From an uncultured Gemmatimonadales bacterium (lineage in GTDB: Bacteria > Gemmatimonadota > Gemmatimonadetes > Longimicrobiales > RSA9), in NCBI GenBank assembly GCA_963798845.1, contig CAWCUS010000002.1, positions 352,001 through 416,000 on the forward strand: a stretch of 64,000 nucleotides of DNA, written 5' to 3'. The notes below the pieces were generated by a model. That model did no database searches. It was given only the letters and a program-made list of their open reading frames with translations, and was not told where the DNA came from. How positions within the stretch are numbered: position 1 is the stretch's first letter; each line of letters begins with the position of its first letter. Shown here piece after piece: positions 38,468-48,400 of this stretch. The position numbers were made by a program, and so were the translations under genes.

Positions 38468-40096
38468 ATGCCGCGGAAGGCGCCGGCTCCACGAGCGCTG
38501 ATCATCCTCTGGGCCACGGCGGCCCTGCTCCTCACCATGGGGCTGGCGAGCCGACTGCTCGGGGCGCAGGAGCCGGTGCCCGGCGGCGTGATTCAGCAGG
38601 CGCAGGACAGCGCGAGGGCGACGGGCGTGGCCGGTACGGCGCAGGCGCGGCTGCCGTCTGCGGACTCGGGTGAGGCCGCGGCGAGCGCCCCGGGCAGTGC
38701 GCGTGCGGCTGGAGCGCCGGCGCAGTCGCCGATCTCCCTGGCAGCGACGCGCGCCAATGTGCACGTCCCGCTGCACGAGCGTCTGGTCTCGGTGCTGGGG
38801 ATGGTCGTCCTCCTGCTGATCGCGTGGGCGTTGAGCGTGGACCGGCGGGTGATACAGTGGCGGGTGGTTCTCTGGGGGCTCGGCCTCCAGTTCCTGTTCG
38901 CGCTCTTCATCCTGAAGACACCGGTTGGAGCGGCGATCTTCGGGGCCCTCAACAATGTGGTGCTCGCGCTGCTGTCGTTCACGAACGACGGCGCGAGCTT
39001 CCTGTTCGGCAACCTGGTGCAGAACACCGTGCCGGTGACCGGCGGCGCGCCGGGCGCGGTGGGGATGGTGGCGCAGACGGGCGCTTCGTTCGCGTTCAGC
39101 GTGCTCCCGACCATCATCTTCTTTTCGTCGCTGATGACGGTCCTGTACCACGTCGGCGTCATGCAGGCGGTCGTTCGGGGGATGGCGTGGGTGATGATGC
39201 GGACGATGCGGACGTCGGGGGCGGAGACGCTATCGGCCGCCGGGAACATCTTCGTCGGTCAGACGGAAGCGCCGCTCCTGATCAAGCCGTTCATCGAACG
39301 CATGACGCTCTCGGAGCTGATGGCCGTGATGACCGCCGGGTTCGCCACCGTCGCGGGCGGCGTCATGGCGGCGTACGTGGGAATGCTCGTCAGCTTTTTC
39401 CCCGACATCGCCGGTCACCTGATGGCGGCGTCCGTGATGTCCGCTCCGGCGGCACTGGTCATGGCCAAGCTCATGCTCCCGGAGCGGGAGGAGCCGGTGA
39501 CGGCCTCGACGCTGCACGTTGAGGTGGAGACCCTGGACTCCAACGTGATCGACGCGGCCGCACGCGGGGCCGGAGACGGTCTGAAGCTGGCGCTGAATGT
39601 CGGCGCCATGCTGCTGGCGTTCATCGCGCTCATCGCCATGCTCAACGCCCTCCTCGGGTGGGCCGCCGGCTGGACGGGCGTCGAGGCGCTCCTGCACTCC
39701 ACCGGCGCCCTGGCGGCGGGCCAGAACCTCACCCTCGAGGTGCTGCTCGGTTGGATCCTGGCGCCGCTGGCATGGCTCATGGGCGTGCCCTGGCGGGACG
39801 CCGCTACCGTCGGCTCGCTTCTCGGCATCAAGACCGTGGCCAACGAGTTCATCGCCTACCTTCGCCTGTCGGACATCCTCTCCGGCGGCGGAGGGCTCTC
39901 GCCCCGCTCCGTGGTGATCACGACCTACGCGCTGGCCGGCTTCGCCAACTTCAGCTCCATCGCGATCCAGATCGGGGGAATCGGCGGGATCGCGCCGTCG
40001 CGGCGCAGCGACCTGTCCCGGATCGGTTTGAGGGCGATGATCGCCGGGTCGCTGGCGGCGTTCCTGACCGCCACGATCGCCGGAATCCTGGTGTAG
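38468..40096 (+). CDS. nupC: Concentrative nucleoside transporter (CNT/NupC family) with N-terminal extension
   Basis: FAFSVLPTIIFFSS, GQTEAP, ATVAGGV, NEFIAY and GFANFSS motifs. Confidence 0.9.
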   Translation: MPRKAPAPRALIILWATAALLLTMGLASRLLGAQEPVPGGVIQQAQDSARATGVAGTAQARLPSADSGEAAASAPGSARAAGAPAQSPISLAATRANVHVPLHERLVSVLGMVVLLLIAWALSVDRRVIQWRVVLWGLGLQFLFALFILKTPVGAAIFGALNNVVLALLSFTNDGASFLFGNLVQNTVPVTGGAPGAVGMVAQTGASFAFSVLPTIIFFSSLMTVLYHVGVMQAVVRGMAWVMMRTMRTSGAETLSAAGNIFVGQTEAPLLIKPFIERMTLSELMAVMTAGFATVAGGVMAAYVGMLVSFFPDIAGHLMAASVMSAPAALVMAKLMLPEREEPVTASTLHVEVETLDSNVIDAAARGAGDGLKLALNVGAMLLAFIALIAMLNALLGWAAGWTGVEALLHSTGALAAGQNLTLEVLLGWILAPLAWLMGVPWRDAATVGSLLGIKTVANEFIAYLRLSDILSGGGGLSPRSVVITTYALAGFANFSSIAIQIGGIGGIAPSRRSDLSRIGLRAMIAGSLAAFLTATIAGILV

Positions 40097-40104
40097 GACG
40101 GGTG

Positions 40105-40917
40105 ATGCGCGAGGACGCGGGCCGCCAGCCGGCGGACTACCTGGAGTCACGGATGGGGCGGAAGCCGCGCGTCGCCATGATCCTGGGGAGCGGACTGGGG
40201 GCTTTGGCCGACGACATCGCCGACGCCGTGAGCGTTGACTACGCCGACATCCCGGGCTTTGCCCGCTCCACGGTGGCCGGCCACCGCGGGCGGCTCGTGG
40301 CCGGCACCCTCGAAGGGAAGGACGTCCTCGCGTTCCAGGGGCGGTACCATGCGTACGAGGGACACGCGGCCGGCCAGCTCGCGGTGCCGGTGCGCACGGC
40401 CAGGGCGCTGGGCGCGCACACGCTCGTGGTGACCTGCGCAGCCGGGGGAGTGAACCGCCTGTTCGGCGCGGGCACGCTCATGCTGCTGGACGACCACCTG
40501 AACTTCATGGGCCGAAACCCGCTGGTGGGCCCCGTCCACCAGGGCGAGGCACGCTTCCCGGACATGACCGCGGCGTACGACCCCGGGCTCCAGCAGATCG
40601 CGCTGGACGTGGCCCGTGACGCCGACATCGCCCTGAGCCGTGGCGTATACGCGGCGGTGCTCGGGCCCAGCTACGAGACGCCCGCGGAGATCCGGATGCT
40701 CGAGCGGCTCGGGGCCGACGCCGTCGGGATGAGCACCGTGCCCGAGGTGATCGCAGCTCGTGCGGGCGGGATGCGCGTCGTGGGCATCGCGCTGATCACG
40801 AATCCCGCCGCGGGCATTTCCGGGGCCCCTCTCGACCACGAGGAGGTGATCGCCGCCGGCGCCGCCGCCGCCGACCGCTTCCAGCGTCTGGTGCGCGGAC
40901 TCCTGCGCCGCATCTGA
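40105..40917 (+). CDS. Purine nucleoside phosphorylase (trimeric PNP/PunA type)
   Basis: ILGSGLG, GH.G, GRYH.YEG, GPSYETPAE and VGMSTVPE motifs. Confidence 0.93.
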   Translation: MREDAGRQPADYLESRMGRKPRVAMILGSGLGALADDIADAVSVDYADIPGFARSTVAGHRGRLVAGTLEGKDVLAFQGRYHAYEGHAAGQLAVPVRTARALGAHTLVVTCAAGGVNRLFGAGTLMLLDDHLNFMGRNPLVGPVHQGEARFPDMTAAYDPGLQQIALDVARDADIALSRGVYAAVLGPSYETPAEIRMLERLGADAVGMSTVPEVIAARAGGMRVVGIALITNPAAGISGAPLDHEEVIAAGAAAADRFQRLVRGLLRRI

Positions 40918-41022
40918 GCGTCCGGGCAGCGCGCGCATCTCGCGCTTGCGGTGCCGCCCGCCCCGCCAGAGATTTCAACGTTCCCCGGTGAAATCTCGAC
41001 GACTCCGATGACCGGACAGGCC

Positions 41023-42723
41023 ATGGTTTCCCAGCCTAGCGGTTCCTCAGCGCACACCCCTGCGCCGCGGCAGCGCGGCCGCGCGTCCCGGGCCCAGTTA
41101 CGAGGCCTTGCGCTCGGGGCGCTTGTCGGAGTCACCGCGGGGGCGTGCGCCGGTCGGGATGCGCCGCCTCGCGGCGGGACGGTGGTCATCGGCGCGGTGG
41201 CGGACCTGGATACGGGCAATCCCCTCGTGTCGGTGGACGCCTGGGCGAACGAGGTGCACCGATATGTGCTCTTCATGCCGCTGCTCCAGCTGGGGCCGGA
41301 GCTGGAGTACACGCCCTACCTCGCACGGTCCTGGGACATGGCCGGGGACACGGCGGTGGTGTTCCACCTGCGGCACGACGTGCGCTGGCACGACGGCCAG
41401 CCCACCACCGCCGAGGACGTGCTCTTCACGTACGAACGGGCGACCGATCCCGCCACAGGCTTCTCCAACAGCGACTACTTCGCAGGCTGGACGGGCGGGG
41501 AGGTGGTGGACTCGTACACGGTGCGCTTCCACCTGGAGCCGCGGCCGGATCCGCTCGCTGGGCTGCCGTTCACACCCATCGTGCCGAAGCACCTCCTGGA
41601 CACGATTCCGGCCGAGCGGCTTCGGCAGGCGGCGTTCAACCGGAGCCCGGTAGGGAACGGGCCGTTCAGGTTCGTGTCGCGACGCGCCAACGATCGGTGG
41701 GTCTTCGAGGCCAACGACGATTTCCCGGCAGATCTGGGCGGCAGGCCCAATATCGATCGGCTGGTGTGGCGGGTCATCCCGGAGAACTCCGCGCAGCTGA
41801 CCGAGCTGCGCGTCGGAGAGGCCGACCTCATCCTCCAGCCCCGCGCCGACCAGGTGACGGAGCTCGCGCAGCGGCCGGGGCTGCGGGCCGTGGTGAAGGC
41901 GTCACGCCAGTTCGCTTTCATCGTCTGGAACGAGCGGCGGCCGCCGCTGGATGACGCCCGGGTGCGACGCGCGCTCGCCATGGCCATCGATCGGGAGGCG
42001 ATCGTGGAGCGGTTCCGACAGGGGTTCGGGACACCGGGCCTCACAACCGTCCTGCCGTTCCACTGGGCGTACGACGACTCGCTCCGACCGCTCCCGCATG
42101 CGCCCGATTCCGCCGTCGCTCTCCTCGCCGCCGCGGGTGTGGCGGACCGGGACGGTGACGGGATGCTCGAGCGTGCCGACGGGAAGCCGTTCGCACTCGA
42201 GCTCGAGCTCCCGGCCGGGAGCGAGTACTACCGCGACCTGGCCGAGGTCGTGCGCCACGACCTCTCCGCCATAGGGGTCCGCATGAGCACGAAGCCGACC
42301 GAGGGCACGACATTGTTCGGCGACCTCACGTCGAGCGAGCGCCGCTTCGATGCGGCGCTCCTGGGGTGGGTGGGCGACTTCCGGCTGGACCTGCACGACG
42401 TCTTTCATTCGGAGGCTCTGGACGGGCCGTACCAGTTCGCGTCCTATCGGAATCCCCGGCTGGACTCGCTGCTCGACGCCGCGAGCGCCGAGACGGACCG
42501 AACGCGCGCCGCGCCGCTCTGGCACCGCGTCCAGCAGATCCTGCTGCGCGACCAGCCGTGGACGCTGCTCTTCTACCAGACGGACGCGTTCCTGGCACGG
42601 GACCGCGTCCACGGCCTGGACATGGACATCCGTGGCGTGCTGGTCAACGTGGGGCGCTGGTGGGTGGGTTCCGACGGCGAGCGCGCCGTGGGGGACTCGG
42701 CTTCCGCCGCGGGGGTCCGCTGA
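41023..42723 (+). CDS. ABC transporter substrate-binding lipoprotein, family 5 (peptide/nickel)
   Basis: Lipobox AGA|C, LARSW, WHDGQP.TAEDV, PVGNGPF and RVRRALAMAIDR. Start uncertain (41008 or 41023). Confidence 0.88.
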   Translation: MVSQPSGSSAHTPAPRQRGRASRAQLRGLALGALVGVTAGACAGRDAPPRGGTVVIGAVADLDTGNPLVSVDAWANEVHRYVLFMPLLQLGPELEYTPYLARSWDMAGDTAVVFHLRHDVRWHDGQPTTAEDVLFTYERATDPATGFSNSDYFAGWTGGEVVDSYTVRFHLEPRPDPLAGLPFTPIVPKHLLDTIPAERLRQAAFNRSPVGNGPFRFVSRRANDRWVFEANDDFPADLGGRPNIDRLVWRVIPENSAQLTELRVGEADLILQPRADQVTELAQRPGLRAVVKASRQFAFIVWNERRPPLDDARVRRALAMAIDREAIVERFRQGFGTPGLTTVLPFHWAYDDSLRPLPHAPDSAVALLAAAGVADRDGDGMLERADGKPFALELELPAGSEYYRDLAEVVRHDLSAIGVRMSTKPTEGTTLFGDLTSSERRFDAALLGWVGDFRLDLHDVFHSEALDGPYQFASYRNPRLDSLLDAASAETDRTRAAPLWHRVQQILLRDQPWTLLFYQTDAFLARDRVHGLDMDIRGVLVNVGRWWVGSDGERAVGDSASAAGVR

Positions 42724-42727
42724 CCGC

Positions 42728-43528
42728 TCAGCTGATGCGGGTCCCGACGAAGTGATTGAGCGGACCGTTGCCCGCGCCGAGCCCGGGCGCCTCGGCGATG
42801 GCGCGATGGACGTAGTCGAGCCCGGCTTCCACCGCGTCCTCGAGAGCCCACCCGGTGGCGAGCCCGGCCGCGATCGCGGCGGAGAGTGTGCAGCCGGTGC
42901 CGTGGGTGCTCCGGGTCGCCAGCTTCGGTCGCCGCCAGGTCCTGTGCCCGCTCGCGTCCACCAGCACATCGACCACTTCCGACCCGCCCAGGTGGCCGCC
43001 CTTCACCAGGACTGCGCCGGCCCCCTTACCGACCAGCAGGTCGCCGACGGCGCGCATGTCGTCCTCGGTCTCCACCGCGCGCCCGGCGAGCAGGGCAGCC
43101 TCGTCCAGGTTCGGGGTCACGAGCGCGGCCAGCGGCACGAGGCGCTCCAGCACCGCGCCTTCGGCATCGCGGTCCAGGAGGCGGTCGCCGCTGGTGGCGA
43201 CCATGACGGGGTCGAGCACGTACCACGGCAGCTCGAGCTCCTCCAATGCGCGCGCCACCACCTCCACCAGCCCGGCCGTCGCCAGCATTCCGGTCTTGCA
43301 TGCCGCGGGGTGGAGGTCGTGGGCCACCACCTCGATCTGCCGGCGCACGATGTCGTCCGGGACGGCGTGGACGCCGTGCACGCCCAGCGTGTCCTGCACG
43401 GTGATCGCCGTGATGGCGCTGGTGCCGAACACGCCGAACGCGTGGAACGTCTTGAGGTCCGCCTGAATGCCGGCGCCGCCGCCGCTGTCGCTGCCTGCGA
43501 TGGTCAGGGCCACTGGGAGAGCGGGCAT
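42728..43528 (-). CDS. thiD: Hydroxymethylpyrimidine/phosphomethylpyrimidine kinase
   Basis: IAGSDSGGGAGIQADLK, DPVM, TPN..EA, KGGH and HGTGCT motifs. Confidence 0.95.
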   Translation of the reverse strand: MPALPVALTIAGSDSGGGAGIQADLKTFHAFGVFGTSAITAITVQDTLGVHGVHAVPDDIVRRQIEVVAHDLHPAACKTGMLATAGLVEVVARALEELELPWYVLDPVMVATSGDRLLDRDAEGAVLERLVPLAALVTPNLDEAALLAGRAVETEDDMRAVGDLLVGKGAGAVLVKGGHLGGSEVVDVLVDASGHRTWRRPKLATRSTHGTGCTLSAAIAAGLATGWALEDAVEAGLDYVHRAIAEAPGLGAGNGPLNHFVGTRIS

Positions 43529-43612
43529 GATGGGTCCCTTCGGGGACGGGTCACGGTCCACGCGGCGGGCGTCGCACACGCGGCGCCAAGGTACGGGAAG
43601 GAGCGGCCGGCC

Positions 43613-43653
43613 GGAAAGGCGGAGGGGACCCTGCCTCTCCGGCGCGGGTCCCC
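43613..43653 (-). terminator. Possible terminator between the M48 peptidase and thiD
   Basis: GGGGACCC/GGGTCCCC stem with a weak U tract. Confidence 0.4.
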
Positions 43654-43678
43654 CCCGGTGTCGAATCCCGCGGCGCGG

Positions 43679-44506
43679 TCAGCCGCCCTTCGGCTGGGGC
43701 GGCGGTGCCGGCAGCTGGTGGACGCGCCTCTTGAACGCGCTGAACTCCGCGGACGTGACCTGGAGGTTCGCGGTCTCCTGCGGCGGGAGCGCCCGGATCA
43801 GGTCCCGGACGTGTGCGATCCGGTCCTCGGTGAGCGGGTGAGTCGAGAACCACTGCTCGAGCGTCGACGGCGACTGCTCCCTCTGGGCCAGCAGCTTCTT
43901 GAAGAGCGTGACCAGTCCGTTCGGATCGATTCCGGCCTCCGGCAGGAGCTGCACGGCGATGGCGTCCGCCTCCGACTCATCCTGCCGGCTGTGTTGAGCG
44001 AGATAGGCCTGGGCGCCGACGTTGATGGCCGCGCCCGCGACGCTGGACGGCTGAACGCCCAGCAGCACGCTGGCCACGGTCGCGCCCACCTGCGCCGCCT
44101 GCGCCTGCTCCATGAGCTTGATGCTGTGACGTGCCTCGACGTGCCCGATCTCGTGGGCCACGACGCCGGCGAGCTCCGCCATGTTGTCCGAGTTCTCGAC
44201 GATGCCCCGGTTGATGTAGACGTAGCCGCCGGGAATGGCGAAGGCGTTCATCTCGTTGGTGTTGACGAGATAGAACGTGTACGGTATGTCCCGGTTCCCC
44301 GGCTGCCGCTGGATCCGGTCGCCCAGCTGGTTGAGGTACCGGTGGATCGCGGGGTCGTCGATGATGGGCAGCTGGCGGTTGATCTGGGCCGCGTACTGCT
44401 GCCCCATCTGGATCTCCTGCTGCGTGGACACGCCGCACGCGGAGAGCGCCAGCGACCCGGCCACCAGGCCGAGAGGGAGCATGCGGCGGATATTTGAACC
44501 GATCAT
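43679..44506 (-). CDS. M48 family metallopeptidase lipoprotein (BepA/LoiP-like)
   Basis: GGAGG RBS, lipobox LSA|C, NAFAIPGG, HEIGH, E.EAD and STHP motifs. Confidence 0.9.
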   Translation of the reverse strand: MIGSNIRRMLPLGLVAGSLALSACGVSTQQEIQMGQQYAAQINRQLPIIDDPAIHRYLNQLGDRIQRQPGNRDIPYTFYLVNTNEMNAFAIPGGYVYINRGIVENSDNMAELAGVVAHEIGHVEARHSIKLMEQAQAAQVGATVASVLLGVQPSSVAGAAINVGAQAYLAQHSRQDESEADAIAVQLLPEAGIDPNGLVTLFKKLLAQREQSPSTLEQWFSTHPLTEDRIAHVRDLIRALPPQETANLQVTSAEFSAFKRRVHQLPAPPPQPKGG

Positions 44507-44553
44507 GGCGGTGCTCCTCCTGGAAATTCCATCGTACAGCCGGGTGGCCCGGG

Positions 44554-44569
44554 TGCAAGGCATATACCA
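44554..44569 (-). promoter_or_regulatory. sigma54 promoter of the M48 peptidase
   Basis: TGGTATATGCCTTGCA, GG-N10-GC, about 48 bp before the ATG. Confidence 0.7.
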
Positions 44570-44578
44570 CACGTTCGC

Positions 44579-45355
44579 ATGCTGACCCGCGGCGAGGAGA
44601 GGCTGATCCGGTCACTCGAGCGCCGCAAGGCACGCGAGGCCGAAGGGCTCTTCGTGGCCGAGGGAGTGCGGGTGGTCGAGGAGATGCTCCGTGCCGGCGT
44701 AGCCCCCAGGCTGGTCGTGGTGTCGCCGGCGCTCGCGGAGACCGCTCGCGGTGAAGCGCTCCGGAGCCACCTTCTCGCCGTCGCACCCGACGCGGTGCGC
44801 GACGTCGATGACGCGGAACTGCAGCGCCTTTCCGAAACGCGGACCTCCCAGGGCGTGCTGGCCGTGGCGCCGATCCCCGTGACGGATCTGACGGCCATCG
44901 AGCCATCGGGCTCCTCCTTCGCGCTCGTCCTGGACGCGGTGCAGGACCCGGGCAACGTGGGCACGCTGGCTCGCAGCGCCGCGGCGTTCGCGTGCGCCCC
45001 GCTCATCTGCCTCCCCGGCACGGTGGATCCCTGGAACGCCAAGGCGGTCCGCGCTTCCGCCGGTGCGCTGTTCCGGCTCCCGGTGGTGGCGGCCGCGCCG
45101 GAAGCCGCGTGGGACTGGCTGGACGGCCACGGCTTCGCGCTCTGGGGCGCCGACGCGTCCGGCGAGCCCGTCCACGCGACCCGGCCGCCCGCGCGCGTCG
45201 CCCTCGCGGTGGGCAACGAGGGGGCGGGGCTCGGCCAGGCCGTCCGGGCCCGCTGCGCCCGACTCGTGGCCGTGCCAATGGAGGCGGGGACCGAATCCTT
45301 GAACGTCGCGGTGGTCGCCGGGATCCTCATGTACGCCATCACGCGAGGGCGGTAA
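44579..45355 (+). CDS. TrmH/SpoU family RNA 2'-O-methyltransferase
   Basis: F..EG, QDPGNVGT..R, GNEG.G and ESLNVA SPOUT motifs. Confidence 0.9.
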   Translation: MLTRGEERLIRSLERRKAREAEGLFVAEGVRVVEEMLRAGVAPRLVVVSPALAETARGEALRSHLLAVAPDAVRDVDDAELQRLSETRTSQGVLAVAPIPVTDLTAIEPSGSSFALVLDAVQDPGNVGTLARSAAAFACAPLICLPGTVDPWNAKAVRASAGALFRLPVVAAAPEAAWDWLDGHGFALWGADASGEPVHATRPPARVALAVGNEGAGLGQAVRARCARLVAVPMEAGTESLNVAVVAGILMYAITRGR

Positions 45356-46140
45356 TGGAGGGTGCGCTCTTCACGATCTATCTGACGGTGCTCGGCGCGG
45401 CGTTCGGGTCGTTCCTGAACGTCGGGGTCTACCGGTGGCCGGCGGGCGAGTCCGTCGTACGACCCCGCTCCCGGTGCCCCGCCTGCGGCTCCGCCATCGC
45501 CTGGCACGACAACATCCCGATCGCGAGCTGGCTCTTCCTGCGCGGCCGCTGCCGCGCCTGCGGCGCGCGGATCTCCGTGCAGTACCCGCTCGTGGAGCTG
45601 GCGGTGGCGCTGACCTGGATGGGCATGGCGCTCTGGCAGGGCCCCGGCCTGGAAGCCGTACGCGGGGCGGTCCTGATCACCGTGCTTCTCGGAATCGCCA
45701 TCACCGACGCCCGTCACCGGGTCATCCCGGACCAGCTCTCCCTCGGCGGGGCCGTGCTGGGCCTCGCGCTGGCGGCGTGGCCTGGCGGATATCCGCTCCT
45801 GGATGCGGTCGTTGGCGCGCTGGGATCGGGCGCATTCATGTGGCTGGTGAAGCTGGGCGCGGAAGCGCTGTTCCGGAAGCCGGCGCTCGGCGAAGGCGAC
45901 ATTCTCATGATGGCCATGGTCGGCGCCTTCGTCGGCATCGGAGGGGCGTTCCTCACGATCTTCCTCGGATCCCTGCTCGGTCTGCTGATCGGCGTCCCGC
46001 TGGCGTGGCGGAAAGGCGACCTGCGGGCCCTCGGCACCTACCTGCCTCTGGGCACCTTCCTGGCCATGGGGGGAACGGTGACGTATCTCTGGGGCGGTTG
46101 GCTGCTCGCCTGGTACTTCGGCTACGCGCTCTCCACATGA
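45355..46140 (+). CDS. pilD: Prepilin peptidase/N-methyltransferase
   Basis: GSFLNV..YR.P, two CxxC pairs, YPLVE, catalytic D and G.GD, P.G.FLA. Confidence 0.92.
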   Translation: MEGALFTIYLTVLGAAFGSFLNVGVYRWPAGESVVRPRSRCPACGSAIAWHDNIPIASWLFLRGRCRACGARISVQYPLVELAVALTWMGMALWQGPGLEAVRGAVLITVLLGIAITDARHRVIPDQLSLGGAVLGLALAAWPGGYPLLDAVVGALGSGAFMWLVKLGAEALFRKPALGEGDILMMAMVGAFVGIGGAFLTIFLGSLLGLLIGVPLAWRKGDLRALGTYLPLGTFLAMGGTVTYLWGGWLLAWYFGYALST

Positions 46141-46667
46141 GAGATCCCGACACGCACGAGCCCGAAAGCCGCACCCCCGGCGCCGCGACGAACCCGTCCA
46201 GCGACACGGCGGCGGACTCAGGCCGTTCCGGCGACGAGCTCCCCGAGCGGCCGCTCGGGCTCAGCCTCCTCACCTGGCTGCTCGCCTTCTGGGCCGGAGC
46301 CATCCTCCTCATCCTGCTCACCCTGGCGTTCGGCGAAGGCCCGGTCATGATGAGCGGGCGGAGCGTCCGGCGGCCCGAGGCGCTGGCGCTCCTCGTCCCC
46401 GTCCTGGGGCCCATGGCGCTCGCTGCCGCCGGAGCGGCGCTGGCTCTCGCCCTCCGGCAGTCGTGGGCGCGCGCGGCCGTTTTCCTCCCCGTCGGTTTGG
46501 TGGCCATGGCCCCCGTGTTCACGGGCGTCGCCGGCACCGCAGGAGACCTGACCCGCTCGGTCGTGGAGACGCTCCCGTTCGCCGCGCTGCTCGCCTGGTA
46601 CCTGTACGGCCGGGCCACGGTGGTGAAGTACTTCGGCGCCCTGCGTGCGCAGAAGAACCGGAGCTGA
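46137..46667 (+). CDS. Hypothetical membrane protein (about 4 TM)
   Basis: ATGA overlap with pilD, RPLGL motif, four hydrophobic segments. Confidence 0.65.
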   Translation: MRDPDTHEPESRTPGAATNPSSDTAADSGRSGDELPERPLGLSLLTWLLAFWAGAILLILLTLAFGEGPVMMSGRSVRRPEALALLVPVLGPMALAAAGAALALALRQSWARAAVFLPVGLVAMAPVFTGVAGTAGDLTRSVVETLPFAALLAWYLYGRATVVKYFGALRAQKNRS

Positions 46668-46754
46668 GGGCGTTCCGGGAGCGGCGGCCGGTGCCAGCAA
46701 GCCGTCAGGAGGGAGCGGACGCGCCGCCAGCGCTGGCGGCGAGAGGTCGGGGCG

Positions 46755-47864
46755 TCAGCCGCCGAATCGAGCCGGGTCGAAGGCAGTCTCGGGCACCGCG
46801 TCGCGGAGGACGGATTCGACCACCCGCTCGGCCGTTTCGGGCGCCAGCAGGATCCCGTTGCGGAAGTGCCCCGTCGCGAACACCAGTCCCTCCACGTCCG
46901 GATCGCGTCCGATCACCGGCAGGCCATCCGCCGCGGCCGGTCGCAGGCCTACCTGGAAGCCTTCGATCGGGGCGTCGGCGAGGGACGGAGCGATGCGCGC
47001 GGCCAGCCGCAGGAGCCGCTCGACGGCCCCGGCGGTGACGCGAGCGGAGTATCCTGCTTCCTCCATGGTCGACCCCACCAGGAGCCTCCCGTCCATGCGC
47101 GGCACCAGGTAGACGCCCGGCCCCCAGGTGGTGCGCCCGAGCACCGGCGGCACGGAACGGAGCACCACGATCTGGCCGCGCACGGGGCGGATCGGGAGGC
47201 GGCGGGGCAGGTCGATACGGCCGCTCCATGCCCCCGCCGCCACCACCACGGCGTCGGCCGGCACGGCCTCGCCGCCGGACAGGCGCACACCCGTCACTTT
47301 CCCCCCGTGCGTTTCCAGCGCTTCCACCGCGACACCCGTCCGGAGGCGGGCTCCTTCGCGGCTCGCAGCGATCCAGAGCGCGCGCACCAGCCTCGCGTTG
47401 TCGACGCGGTAGTCATGGTCCGTGGAGAGTGCGAGCACGGCGTCCGGTGTCACGCCCGGCGCGATGCGGCGCAGCTCGTCGCCCTGCAACAGGCGGCTCT
47501 CGTGGCCGGCCTCGGCCTGCATCCGCTGGTGTCGGCGGAGCGCCGCGGCCGCCGCATCGTCCAGTGCGACGTCCAGCCGCCCGTCCTGGCGGAACTCCAC
47601 GTCCATCCCGGACGCGGCCTCCACCTCGCGGACGAAATCCGGATACCGGTCGAGCGAGCGGAGGCCGAGCTCCAGAAACGGACCCGGCTCCTCCGCCTCC
47701 TTCAGCGGCGACAGCATCCCCGCGGCGGCGGAGGAGGCGTGGATGCCGGGCTCGTCGCGCTCCAGGAGCACGACTTCGGCGCCCGCGCGCGCCAGGCGCC
47801 AGGCGGACGCGCAGCCGATGATCCCACCGCCAACGACGGCGACGCGCGGCCTCGGCGCGCTCAC
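46755..47864 (-). CDS. thiO: Glycine oxidase ThiO / D-amino acid oxidase family
   Basis: GGGIIG, ASSAAAGML, PVRGQ, GLRP and GHFRNGILLAP. GTGA overlap start. Confidence 0.85.
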   Translation of the reverse strand: MSAPRPRVAVVGGGIIGCASAWRLARAGAEVVLLERDEPGIHASSAAAGMLSPLKEAEEPGPFLELGLRSLDRYPDFVREVEAASGMDVEFRQDGRLDVALDDAAAAALRRHQRMQAEAGHESRLLQGDELRRIAPGVTPDAVLALSTDHDYRVDNARLVRALWIAASREGARLRTGVAVEALETHGGKVTGVRLSGGEAVPADAVVVAAGAWSGRIDLPRRLPIRPVRGQIVVLRSVPPVLGRTTWGPGVYLVPRMDGRLLVGSTMEEAGYSARVTAGAVERLLRLAARIAPSLADAPIEGFQVGLRPAAADGLPVIGRDPDVEGLVFATGHFRNGILLAPETAERVVESVLRDAVPETAFDPARFGG

Positions 47865-48400
47865 CGGTGCGGCTCCGGCAGATCGGCGGCCAGGTAGCGG
47901 CGGGACAGCTCGACGTAGTGCGACGCGCTGATCTCGATCCACTCCGCCGATTCACCGGCCAGCTCTTTCCGCACCGCCGCCGGGGCGCCCGCCACGAGCG
48001 TACGGGGAGGCACCTGCATGCCCGTGGGCACCACGCTGAGCGCCGCCACCAGTGCCTCCTCGCCGACCACGGCGTGGTGCAGCAGGACCGCGTTCATGCC
48101 GATGAGCGCGCCACTCCGGATCTCGCAGCTTTCGAAGACCGCGCCGTGGCCCACGGTGACGTCGTCCCCCAGCAGTGTCGGACCGTCGCCGCTTACGTGG
48201 AGGACGCAGTTGTCCTGGACGCTCGTGCGGCGACCGATGCGGATGCCGTGTTCCGGGTGGTCCGCCCGCAACACGGCGCCGAACCAGATGCTGGACTCCG
48301 CCCCCACCTCGACATTGCCGATCAGCACGGCCGTGGGGGCGACGAAAGCCGAAGGATGGACGCGCGGCGTGTGGCCGCCGAATGGAATGATGTACGCCAT
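47861..48400 (-). CDS. Gamma-class carbonic anhydrase-like protein (YrdA/PaaY family)
   Basis: Hexapeptide repeats, IWFGAVLRAD, QDNCVLH, TVGHG and AGAPA. Confidence 0.88.
   Translation of the reverse strand: MAYIIPFGGHTPRVHPSAFVAPTAVLIGNVEVGAESSIWFGAVLRADHPEHGIRIGRRTSVQDNCVLHVSGDGPTLLGDDVTVGHGAVFESCEIRSGALIGMNAVLLHHAVVGEEALVAALSVVPTGMQVPPRTLVAGAPAAVRKELAGESAEWIEISASHYVELSRRYLAADLPEPHR

Noticed and set aside
42145..42171. DRDGDG calcium-binding-like motif in the substrate-binding protein
   Set aside because: Common in family 5 binding proteins, so not notable.
43529..43678. TPP riboswitch upstream of thiD
   Set aside because: No CUGAGA core or TPP aptamer architecture, only a simple hairpin.
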